Shown piece by piece: positions 49,472-59,575 of a stretch of 64,000 nt of DNA; within the stretch, counting starts at the first letter, position 1, and each line of letters opens with the position of its first letter. The notes beneath the pieces were generated by a model that saw only the letters and a list, made by a program, of their open reading frames with translations, did not search any database and was not told the DNA's origin. The translations under genes and the position numbers were made by a program. Origin of the DNA: Phaeosaccion multiseriatum (lineage: Eukaryota > Protista > Ochrophyta, other classes); contig OZ218951.1 in the NCBI GenBank assembly GCA_965112735.1, positions 5,924,964-5,988,963 on the forward strand, read 5' to 3'.

Positions 49472-52400
49472 TGGCTCACCCCACTCATCCCACCCGTTCC
49501 GCCCCGCGCCTAACCTCTCAGGAGTGGCTGAAGCTGTCCACCAGCCTCCAGCGCTGCTCCAACCTCAGAAACGCCGAGGCCTACCTCATTTCCTCTCTCG
49601 TCATCTTCGGCCTCGCCGCTCTAGTCTCTGCTCGAGTGTCGTCCGTCGCCGCCGCCGGAGTCATCGCGGACGTGTCTGCTCGCCATTCGCTACGCTGGCT
49701 CGTGCCGCTGCTGCTCCTGCTGAGCACTCTGCAGCTGGCGGCCGGCCTCTTGGGCATTGTGGCGTACACGAGGGTCGACTTTGAGGCGTCCAAGTGCGGA
49801 GGACACCACCAGTACTGGGCACTGCTGCTCGCCGTGGCTGTCGTTCAGGTCATCGACGTGGTGACGGTAAGGAAGGAGGGAGGGAGGGAGGGGGGTGTAA
49901 AAGAGGGAGAGTGAGCCGGGGGGGGGGGGCGGAGGTAGTGCATAAGGGAGGGAGGGTGTGAGGGTGTGTACGGGAGGGAGGGCGTGAGAGGACAGGGAGA
50001 GAGGCCATGAGGGAGGGCGTAGGAGGGACAGAGGGAGGGAAGGCATGAGGGAGAGAGGGGGCGCGTGAGTGAGTGATGAGTGTCTACGCTTTTGCAGGGA
50101 ATGAATCGCGTGACGACAGCGGAGGTGGAGTTTGTGTCCACCAGGAAGGACGCATGCAAAGGGCCAACTGGGGGTGGGGCACGGGCATGCACAGGGGAGT
50201 CGCGGCGCATCTGACAACAGCCCCCCCCCTCCAACCCTATTCTCGGCCTGTCTGTGTGCATCTCGGCGTATTTCCGTCTATCGACTACGCGCACCTACTC
50301 CCTTGGTAGACGGGCTGCTGTACCTGTTTCATCATGACTGCGGGAGTGTCGGAGAGCGAAGAGAGCGACGGAATGTACGCACGCTACGCCCGGCTCGAGC
50401 GCGGGTACGTTCGTGGACGTTAGGGTTAGTGGGGTGTTCATAAGTTGGGCTGGGGCACTTGGACTTTCTCCCATCCCCTTTCCCGTCGACCTGTCGAGTT
50501 GAACAGTTGTATTGACGAGTGTGTCTTGTCTCTCAATCTCTACCCACACGCTCTTGCAAAAGGCGCATGGAAGAGGCATGGGAGGGGAAGTGCCGCTTTC
50601 TCTGCAAGGCGCTGTCGTGCGTGACATGCAAGGTAAGAAGAGCAGCGCAGCGTAGGGCAGGGCAGGACCCGCGGCAGGGTGTCCTTTATATTGTGGCCGA
50701 TGCTTTGTACCTTTTCCTCCGCCCTCTCCCTCGTTCTTGGTGTTTGTACGCCCTTGTACCTCCTACTACCCCCTCCCTCCCCTACCCCTTTCCCCTGCTT
50801 CCTCTCACCACTCCACCCCCTCCCTCCGCTCCCCTCTTCGCACTCCTTTCCAACCCCAAGTTGTTTGGCGGGGCCTCCGAGGACGCCGACTTCACGCACC
50901 TGTCCCGCGTCATGGCACACGTGCTTAGCATGGAGGAGTTCGTGGACGTGGTGCCCTCGGACGTCTTCGCAGGGCTGCTCCTCCTCTCCAAGGTCGGCCA
51001 GGGGGGGAAGGGGGAGGAGGGGTGGAGGGAGGGGCGAGAGAGGAGAGGGGATAGGATTATGACAGTGGTGGCGATGGCGTGGTAGGGGCACTCGTTGATG
51101 CTCTACCTGCCTGCCTCCCTAACGTCCTGTCCTTCCTCCCTGCTAGGTACGGATTATCGAGGACCGGCGCCAGAACGAGGACTGGAGGATGGCAGTGGAT
51201 GGCGCCGACCTGGAGGAGGGCGACCCACAGGTGGGCAGGAGGATGGCAGCAGATGGACTGGGTAGAGTAGGTCGAGTAGATGCCTATTGGGTGTTGCCTG
51301 CGTCTGATGTCTGACCCGTCTCGGCTCAGCAGCTTCACCAGGGGAAGGGAGAAGGCATGTGAATGCGCGCGTGTGTGTGGGCGAAGCGCGTTACTTAGGC
51401 CGAGCAGAGGCCTGCAGCCAGCCGTTCCCCCCGCGGGTTGCTCCACGAGGCTGGGGGCAGTAGAGGCGAAGCAGCCTTCTCTATGTGGGGCCATACGGAG
51501 GTATACGGTGGGCAGCTCCTCCCGTGCAGGTCACCAATGTAACAGCTCGTTGCCCCTTGACCGTATCGCCTCTCTACCCCCCCGTAATATGCTCGTAGTT
51601 GCTTGTCTCTTCTCTTCTGTAATCCCCCCCTCCCCCTTCCCCCTGTCTCGTCTCCTCCCTTCTCGTCACAGGTGCCGCCCTGCTGCCAGCGCCGCCTTAT
51701 GTCCCACCAGTCCTTCCACCGCGTGGCCAACAGGAGACTGCTCGACTTCGACAATCCTACCGAGAAGGCGGAACTCGAGGAGGTAATGCGTTTTTGTTTT
51801 TGTGCGTGCCTCTGTGTGTGTATGTGCGCGTGTGTCCATGTGTGTTTGTGCGTCTGTGTGTGCGTGTGTGCTGTGGTGTGTGTGTCTGTATTAGTGCGTA
51901 TTGTGCGTGCGTGTGCTCGTCCTTGGCTACCAGCCTGACACTAACACGCAGCGAGCGAGCGACTGATCGGCCCCGCTGTCTCTCGGCTGATATCTCATAC
52001 CCCCCCCCCCCAATCCACTGCCATCCCAGGCGCTGCACTTCATGCGCTACACGCTGGCCATCTACACGTGGTACCTCTACCTGCCGCGCCACCCCCTCTC
52101 CTCCTGCATGGGGGCGGATCTGTGCCTCTTCACCTGCCTTCGGAGAAAAGGCGCATGGCACAGGTGTGTGGGTCTGTGTACGTGTGCGTGCGTGCGTTTG
52201 CGTCTGTGTTCTTCTGTGTGTGTATTCCCTCTGCAAGGCTGCTGTACCCCTTCTCTTCTCCCTCTCTCCCTCCCTCCCTTGCTCGTGCCTCGCATTCTTT
52301 GTTGCTGCCGCCCCCGTTGTTGCTTATCTGTGTCGCTGCTGCTGCTGATGCTGCTGCCGTCACTGCTGTGTCCCCTCTCCCCTCATCAGGCGCCGCCGGA

Positions 52401-54485
52401 GAGAGGCTCTGCAGAGAGAGGGCCTGCCCTTTGAGGATAGCACCCGATTCCCAAGCGTGATAGTGGACGGGGAGGACTGCTGCGGCTGGCACGAGGCGGC
52501 CCTGCTGAAGGTGCGGCAGGCAACAAAGTAGTGAGGGTCATTGGGTCAATGATGTCCAAGCGTCCGTACGGTACCAGTGATTGTAATGATTGCCAAGTCA
52601 AGCCAAAGCAAAGGCCTACGGAACACGCCCGTCCACGCCGGCCCGATGGGCAGGTGTGCTCTTGATACTGCTACTGCTGTTGACCTCCTTCCGTTGCACG
52701 CGCCTTGCAATGGGCCGTACGGGGGCAAGTGGAGCCTGTGGTGACTGATGCGTCAAATGTATGGGCCCCATTTGGCCGTCATCGCCTTTGCTCTCCCTCT
52801 TGTCTTAGCTCCCCCCCCCCCCCCCCCTTACGGTCCTGACCTCTGACCTCTGACCTCGGACCTTTGACCTCAGGTGGCGGGCCTCCACAAGGAATGCGAG
52901 CTTGTGTACGCGTCCTTTGAGAACAGCGTGCATGGAGAGACTCCCTTCGCTGTTCTGCTCGACCACAAGTACAAGGTGAGGGGAGGGAGACGGGTGGGAG
53001 GGAGGGAGGGAGGGAGGGAGGGAGGGAGGGAAGAGAGAGGGGGGATGAGAGAGGCAGAGGGACAAAGGGAGAAAGGAGCGAGGGAAGGAAAAGAGAAAGG
53101 GAAGGAGCGGGAGAGATTGAGAGAGGGGAGGCGGAAGGAGGGTCAGCGTGTGGGTCGGTGTGTGTGAGAGAGAGGGCCGGTTTGGGGAAAGCGCGGGAAC
53201 GAAGAGGGAGAGGGCGATGGTGTGCAACCCCACATCTCTCGTAGGCTGTGTTGAAGGCACCAATGAGCAAGTCACACATCCCACACCCCCCATCCTTGCC
53301 GGCTCTCCCCCCTCTCCGCCCGCCTGACTGCCTCTCTGCCCGCCTGCCCACCTTCCTACCGGTCCGGTCTGGCCACCCGTCTGCCCACCTACCTGCCTAT
53401 CCACCCACCCGCCAACCTGCCTGCTCGCATACCTGGCTCTCGTCCTGCCCGCCCCGAAGGCGGTGGTGGTAACGGTGCGCGGAACGATGTCTTTGGACGA
53501 CCTTCTCGTGGACAGGTGAGGGAAGAGGAGGACTGCGTTCGAGGCGTCGCCAGTAATTCCTTGTTTCTTTCCCCTCGTGTATATGTATACATACACAGCC
53601 CTCTCTTCCCAACAAGTGCAATTGTGAAACACAACTCAGAGTACCAATCGCTCTGCCCCTTCTGGTCCACTACCATCCCAGCTTCTGCGAAACCGCTACG
53701 CTTGACGACCTCGGCGCCAAGTACGGCTTCGACGGGGAGGGAAGGCGCGTGCACATGGTCAGTACAGTCCTGCACCCCTTTCTTCAACTTAATGACTTGA
53801 AACCCTTGCTTAGGCTAAGGCGTAGGCTAAGGCATGGGGTGAGGGTGAGGGTTAGGGTGGAGGGTAGCGTCGTGTCATCTTGTTGCTGACTTTGGAAAGC
53901 GGCTCCTCCCGAGGGCTGCGAGTCACACCCTCACACCCTGGGCCGTTCTCCCTCTTCCACGCAGGGTTTCCGTGACTCGGCTGCGTGGCTGCTCGAGCAA
54001 ATCATCCCCATCCTCGACGGCCTGCTCGGGCCCGGCTCCTCCCCAGGGGGGGCGGGCAGTCATACCGGCAGCAGTCCCAGTCCGTGGGCGGAGTGGCGCA
54101 CCCACGGCTACAGCTTGCGGCTGTGTGGACACTCCATGGCGGCGGGCATGGTGGTCATCGCGGGGCTCTGTTTGCGCCACAAATTCCCCGACCTCAAAGT
54201 CGTCGCCATCAGCCCCCCGGGGTGCATCATGAGCGCGGAAGAGGTGAGGGGAGTGGCAGAGAGAGGAGGGGGGGGCTGGAGGGGAGTACGGGGCAGAGAG
54301 GAGAGGGAGGGGGAGGAGAATAGGAGAGGTGGGGCGGGGGTGGAGCCGCGGCTTGTCACCTGGGTGGGGGTTGGGGTGTGCCACTTTGGACCTCTTTCGG
54401 AGGTTTGATCTCTCTGTGCCGTGCTTGAGGGCGTTGGTACGTGCGTCTGTGTATCGACGTATCCATCTTTCTCCGCACCCACCCA

Positions 54486-54533
<48 letters not shown>

Positions 54534-56024
54534 CCACGTGTATCGAGCAAGCCGCACCTTCTGTGTGAGCGCCCTCGCTTCCTCTGGTGATTCCTGACAC
54601 ATGTGTGATCCTGTGTGAATGCCTAATGCCCAATATCCAATACCAGTGCGACAACACGTCTGATTGGGTGCTGTCGGTGGTGCTCAACGACGATATGGTA
54701 CCCCGCCTGAGCGTGCACACCCTCGAGGACCTCAGGGACGAGGTGCTGCAGAGCGTGGGCCGCTCCAAGCTTACCAAGGTAGGGTAGGGTAGGGGTGTGT
54801 GTGAGGACTGAGGGCTGCTGCTGATGTACTCGAGGCGGCGAGATGATTGCGGGGTGACCCACTGGGCTCGCTCACACCATCCCTTCCCTCTCTGCCGGGC
54901 TTGTCCAGCATTACTATGGCCCTGAAGACTCTATTCAACACGTTGCTCCTTTCCGTCCGTAACGTGACGTGGCGTCACACGCATGGTCGCATGGCCTTAG
55001 GTGAGCCTGCTCACAGGGAGTCACAGCGCCACATCCGTGGACGACCTACTCGAGGACCACGGGGGACGACCGCTGCGGAGGGAAGGCGAGGCGGCGGAAA
55101 CCGGTGCTGCTGCAGTGGCTCCGGCGGCGGCGGGGGAAGGGGGGGGCGGCGCCGATAGCGAGAGGGCACCTTTGCGCAGCGGCTTGTGGGGCGGAACCAT
55201 CCCGAGAGGGGGGAGGCGCGGGGCGAGGGAGAGGAGGGGGGAGAGGGAAGGCCGGGGAGAGGGGGAAGGAGGCACGGAAGGGGAAGGGGGAGGGGGAGGG
55301 TCAGTGTCGAGGGATGCGTACTTGCACCAGCTGCGGCAGTACCGCCAGTGGACGGACCTGCAGAGGAGGGAGGGAACGTTCCTGGGGCCCAGCGTGCCTG
55401 GCAAGGTGGGTGCATGGAGGCAGGCCGCAGTCGGGAGAGGAGGGGATGCTTCGGCTGAAGTATTCAATTGTCCGGCTTTTCATGATTCGTTAGACTTGTC
55501 GTGTTCTCTGTGTGTATCAGAGAGGGGAGTGCGGCTTGCTGGGGAACTTCTTGCGTCGTTTTTTACCATTGCATCTTTTAAAGAAGTAGGAAGAGTTGCT
55601 AGGCCCTTCTGTCCGTATAACACTCATGCCCCACTACCCTTGAAGCTGAGCTTATCTGGTGCATAGAGGGGAGTAGATACGAGTGAGACCAGCGGCTTTT
55701 CCCATTGCTGATCGTTGAATTGGGGCCAGACACGACTGCCAAACAAAAGGAATGGTGCTGACCAGCTACCCATCACTGAATGTGCCCCTTCCTCAGATCC
55801 TGCACCTCGTGGAGACCAACACGTCGGGGGGGAGCTTCTGCAGTCTGCTCGGACTCGCCTCTCGCCAGTACACGCCGGTGTGGGCGAAGCAGTCCGACTT
55901 TGACCGCCTAGCGGTGGGGGCCTTTATGTTTCCTGATCATTGGCCAATACGCCTACTGCCGATCCTGCAGGGAGTAGTGGCCGCCTATTCTTCGGACCAG
56001 GAGGAGCGGCACCGCCGGTCGTAG
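49299..56024 (+). CDS. sn1-diacylglycerol lipase-like protein (DAGL family, lipase class 3), multi-exon
   Basis: N-terminus MPALKLFGKRLPFAGDDLAIPG is typical of DAGL. Four TM segments; DVVPSDVFAGLLLL; HFMRYTLAIYTW; ETPFAVLLDH; VTVRGTMSLDD; LCGHSMAAG; VVLNDDMVPRL; MFPDHWP. Confidence 0.88.
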
Positions 56025-56312
56025 ATTAGCCCTGTCCACTGCAGTGCTGAGAGGCATGTAGTTACGTAGGGAGTTGCAAGCTCCGCGCAGCACAATACAA
56101 ACACACCACATTAACTGCGTCAGGGTTGGCGCTGTTGCTGCTGCTCTGTGGGGGTTGGTAATTCAGCTTGCTGGTGGGATTTCCTGGTGATGACTCCATA
56201 TCTACCTCCTTGCTGCATGCCACTGTTGGCCGGCCATCAGAGAGGCGCCTCCATCCCACACAGCACAGCAAAGCCACTCTCCACACGACACCAGCGTGCT
56301 GACTGCTCTGTA

Positions 56313-57119
56313 TCACCTCAGTCCCTTCTCCTCCCCGTCCAGCTGTGCGAGGAAGGCGAGCATGAAGTGGTGGCGGCTCTCAGCCCTCTCTTTGCCCGCA
56401 TCGGTCTTCATGAGCCCCTTGAGGCGCAACAACTTGGAGTGGAAGTGGTCAACGCTTGACGGAAGAGAGCGTTGGTGGGCACCTCCAAAGGCAAAACAGC
56501 GAGCGATCCCCACTGCGCCAATGGCATCGAGGCGATCCGCATCCTGCACCACTGCCAGCTCCACACCAACATTTGGCAAACCATTCTCCTGCCCCCCCTC
56601 ATCCTCCTCCTCCTGTTCCCTCTCGCTGCTCTTGGCTTGTCTCCGCTTCATCTCCTGGGAAAAGCTCACACCATCGATGATGGCCAATATCCGCTCGCCC
56701 TCCGCCGCGGGAAGCCCAGCTTCACACAGCTGGCCCACTGCTGTCTGTAGCCTTCTGCTGCCCTCCTCCTCTCCAAAGTACTTGTGGTCGCCGACATCGT
56801 GCAGGAGTGCCGATATGTTGCACAGCCTTGTGCTTGTCGAATCCAGCCCGAGGGTCTCTGCCAAAGAGACTGCCGCCGCCGCCACCCTGAGTAGGTTGAG
56901 AGGACCAGGGTGCAAAGAGGCGTAGTAGTAGTTATGGGTTGGTTCCTTTAAATCTTCCTCTCTCTTCCTCCTCCTCCCTCCTCCTTCACTCCTTCTCCTT
57001 CGCTACTTCTCCGGACTCACCACGCACCTTGTCGCGTGATGAATATCGTGGGAGGCATCCATGTCCTTCATCTCACGTGCCGCAATCTCCTCTGCGAGCC
57101 CGACCAGGGAAGGGGCCAT
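56313..57119 (-). CDS. HD-domain metal-dependent phosphohydrolase (YedJ/YpgQ-like), 2 exons
   Basis: Exon 1 57119-57028 (MAPS...DASHDIHHATR) and exon 2 56886-56313. Motifs ALLHDVGDHKY, VVQDADRLDAIGAVGIARCFAFGG, HFHSKLLRLKGLMKT. Confidence 0.9.
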
Positions 57120-57710
57120 AGCCGACAGAAAGAGGAGAGCGAGGGGGGGAGTAAAGGTCCTGATTTGAGAATCTGGAGCCCCAAAGTCTCACCGAAAAAC
57201 CATCTGGAAATGAAACTCCGAAAAGCCCAGATCCTTTCAGGAGGCACATTCAAAAACTGTTCACGGCGAGGGTTTCCGACCTTATTCCGAGAGGGTTTCC
57301 GAGACTGTATATGCATTGAGTCTGGGAGGGCCCAAAGTCTCACTCACCCTTACGTAAGGCAAAAAGAGGAGTTACCCCTAATATTAAGGGGTGTGTCGGT
57401 TCGGAGAGTTCACACCGGGGTTTATTACGCGATTGGCATTTGACTTGATTTAAGTATAGAAAAACGGCATGATGATTACGTAAGGCCCTAGGTCAATATC
57501 GATGTACTCGATTTCACATGTATCATTCGAATTTAAGATCACCTGTTTTTTTATCTCTAAAGTTTCTATATCCTTTGAGTTTCTGTCACTGTAGTTACTG
57601 GAGAGAAAGGGAGGACCTTTAGACGGGCTGCGTTTTACTTGACCAACTCTTTTTCTATTCTTACTTTAATCGATGTGCTGTGCGTCGTTCAGTCCACTCA
57701 ATTGTTCAAT

Positions 57711-58205
57711 ATGGTGACCGAGACGAAGGACATCGCAAAGAAGATCACTGTGGAAAAGGGCGAGTTGAGTGAAATGCAGAGAATCATCACGGTGACAAAA
57801 GAGGAGTTGAGTGGCAAAATAACCGATGAGAGTGGTGAAATGAAGAGAAGCATCACTGGGGCAATGGAGGAGTTGAGTGTAATGCAGAGAAGTATCACGG
57901 CGACAAAGGAGGAGTTGAGTGGCAAAATAACCGATGAGAGTGGTGAAATGAAGAGAATCATCACTGGGGCAATGGAGGAGTTGAATGGCAAGATAACAGA
58001 AGAGAGTGCTGAAATGAAGAGAATCATCACTGCGGTGAAGGAGCAGCAAATTTCAGTATTGTCCACACAAATGGCATCCTTTAAGGACCTGCTATCGAAA
58101 AAGCCATCCTTGATCGCTATTTCAAATGCTGTAAGAGAGGTCGTGGGGCGTTCCGGGGCGGAGCAAGGCGATCCCCTCGACTTGGAAAGTGATGAAGGTT
58201 TCTAA
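57711..58205 (+). CDS. Subtelomeric hypothetical protein with internal amphipathic/coiled-coil repeats
   Basis: MVTETKDIAKKIT... with repeated 'EELSGKITDESGEMKR(S/I)ITGAMEEL' units (~108-bp DNA period). AT-richer than upstream genes. Confidence 0.4.
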   Translation: MVTETKDIAKKITVEKGELSEMQRIITVTKEELSGKITDESGEMKRSITGAMEELSVMQRSITATKEELSGKITDESGEMKRIITGAMEELNGKITEESAEMKRIITAVKEQQISVLSTQMASFKDLLSKKPSLIAISNAVREVVGRSGAEQGDPLDLESDEGF

Positions 58206-58223
58206 CGTTGAAGAAAGAATTCC

Positions 58224-58654
58224 TCACCTTTTGCAGGAATACGGAGTGTAACAGCCTGCTGGACTCCAAGGGCCTCTCTGCGAGTAAGATATTGGACTTA
58301 ATCGAAGGAGACTCTTTCCAGGTCGTCGATCAACTAGAGACGTTTTGTACTGTGCACTCAGCTTCCCAAGCTTGTCGATGTCATGTGTCCCGGAAGATTC
58401 TTCAAAAGCAGCTTGTAATTTTTGCGCTGTCTCCCTCATGATCCTCGCCTTCTCTTCTGCAACTTTACGCTCATCCTCGATATGTTTCTTCTTCCCGGCG
58501 TGGCCTTGTTTGAGCGTAAGGATGTGGTCGATTGCGTCCGCCGTGGCGACTGTCTCCTGTAAAACTTCCTGTGCCTTCGACTCCAATTCAGACAGTTCTT
58601 TCTCCGATTGCGGTCTGGTACCGATTCTACCACTGGTCCCTCGTCCACAGAGTC
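58224..58654 (-). CDS. Possible subtelomeric coiled-coil exon
   Basis: Open frame EKELSELESKAQEVLQETV...EDERKVAEEKARIMRETAQKLQ, preceded by a pyrimidine tract + CAG on the minus strand. No family recognised. Confidence 0.3.
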
Positions 58655-58984
58655 CTGCTCAGATGTGAAGGAAGAGCGGGGGTAAAGGGAGCATGGTAGC
58701 TTTATGTGAGTGTACCAGAGGAAAAAGACCCTACAGATTCGATTGTTTCATCCCTTTCCTTCAACGCATCACCTGAAGAGAAGCTCTCTTGTCCCCAGAG
58801 GTATCATTTCTGGTTCCCTGCGTTCAATGATACGCTAGCGTTGTTATTCGTCGTCTGTAGATCTGTTACTATTGTGAAGTCTATGAACCATTCCTGGCCT
58901 CAAAATCCTCAGAACATACTGTCCGTTACAAAAGCTTCTCGGAAGGATTAGGAGGTGAAAACAAGGTGAGTCAGGTGGAAAACG

Positions 58985-59575
58985 CCCGAATATGGGGGAA
59001 AACGGACGTCTTTGACGCCCGAATATGGGGGGAAACATGCGTTTTGACTCCCGAATATGGGGGAAAACGGACGTCTTTGACGCCCGAATATGGGGGGAAA
59101 CATGCGTTTTGACTCCCGAATATGGGGGAAACATGCGTTTTGAGTCCCGAATATGGGGGGAAACGGACGTCTTTGACGCCCGAATATGGGGGAAAACGGA
59201 CGTCTTTGAGTCCCGAATATGGGGGGAAACATGCGTTTTGAGTCCCGAATATGGGGGGAAACGGACGTCTTTGACGCCCGAATATGGGGGAAAACGGACG
59301 TCTTTGACGCCCGAATATGGGGGGAAACATGCGTTTTGACTCCCGAATATGGGGGGAAACGGACGTCTTTGACGCCCGAATATGGGGGGAAACATGCGTT
59401 TTGAGTCCCGAATATGGGGGAAAACGGACGTCTTTGACGCCCGAATATGGGGGGAAACATGCGTTTTGACTCCCGAATATGGGGGAAAACGGACGTCTTT
59501 GACGCCCGAATATGGGGGAAAACGGACGTCTTTGACGCCCGAATATGGGGGGAAACATGCGTTTTGAGTCCCGAA
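58985..59575. repeat. Telomere-associated minisatellite: 18 units of two variants (A ~33 bp, B ~32 bp) plus a partial unit
   Basis: A = cccgaatatggggg(a/g)aaacggacgtctttgacg; B = cccgaatatggggggaaacatgcgttttga(ct/gt). Order ABABBAABAABABABAAB. Confidence 0.95.

Noticed and set aside
50419-50429. GTTAGGGTTAG (antisense CTAACCCTAAC, a telomerase-RNA-template-like 11-mer); also degenerate telomeric hexamers at ~53837-53867
   Set aside because: It lies inside a short DAGL intron, and I see no supporting promoter, terminator or structure. An interstitial telomere-like sequence or chance is more likely.
56313-57119. Bacterial contamination or recent HGT of the YedJ-like HD gene
   Set aside because: It has a spliceosomal intron and host-like composition, and the family is also found in eukaryotes.
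58985-59575. CRISPR-like look of ~33-bp periodic repeats, and ORFs within them
   Set aside because: The variable parts are only two recurring variants, not unique spacers; there are no cas genes; the context is a eukaryotic subtelomere. The ORFs are repeat artefacts.
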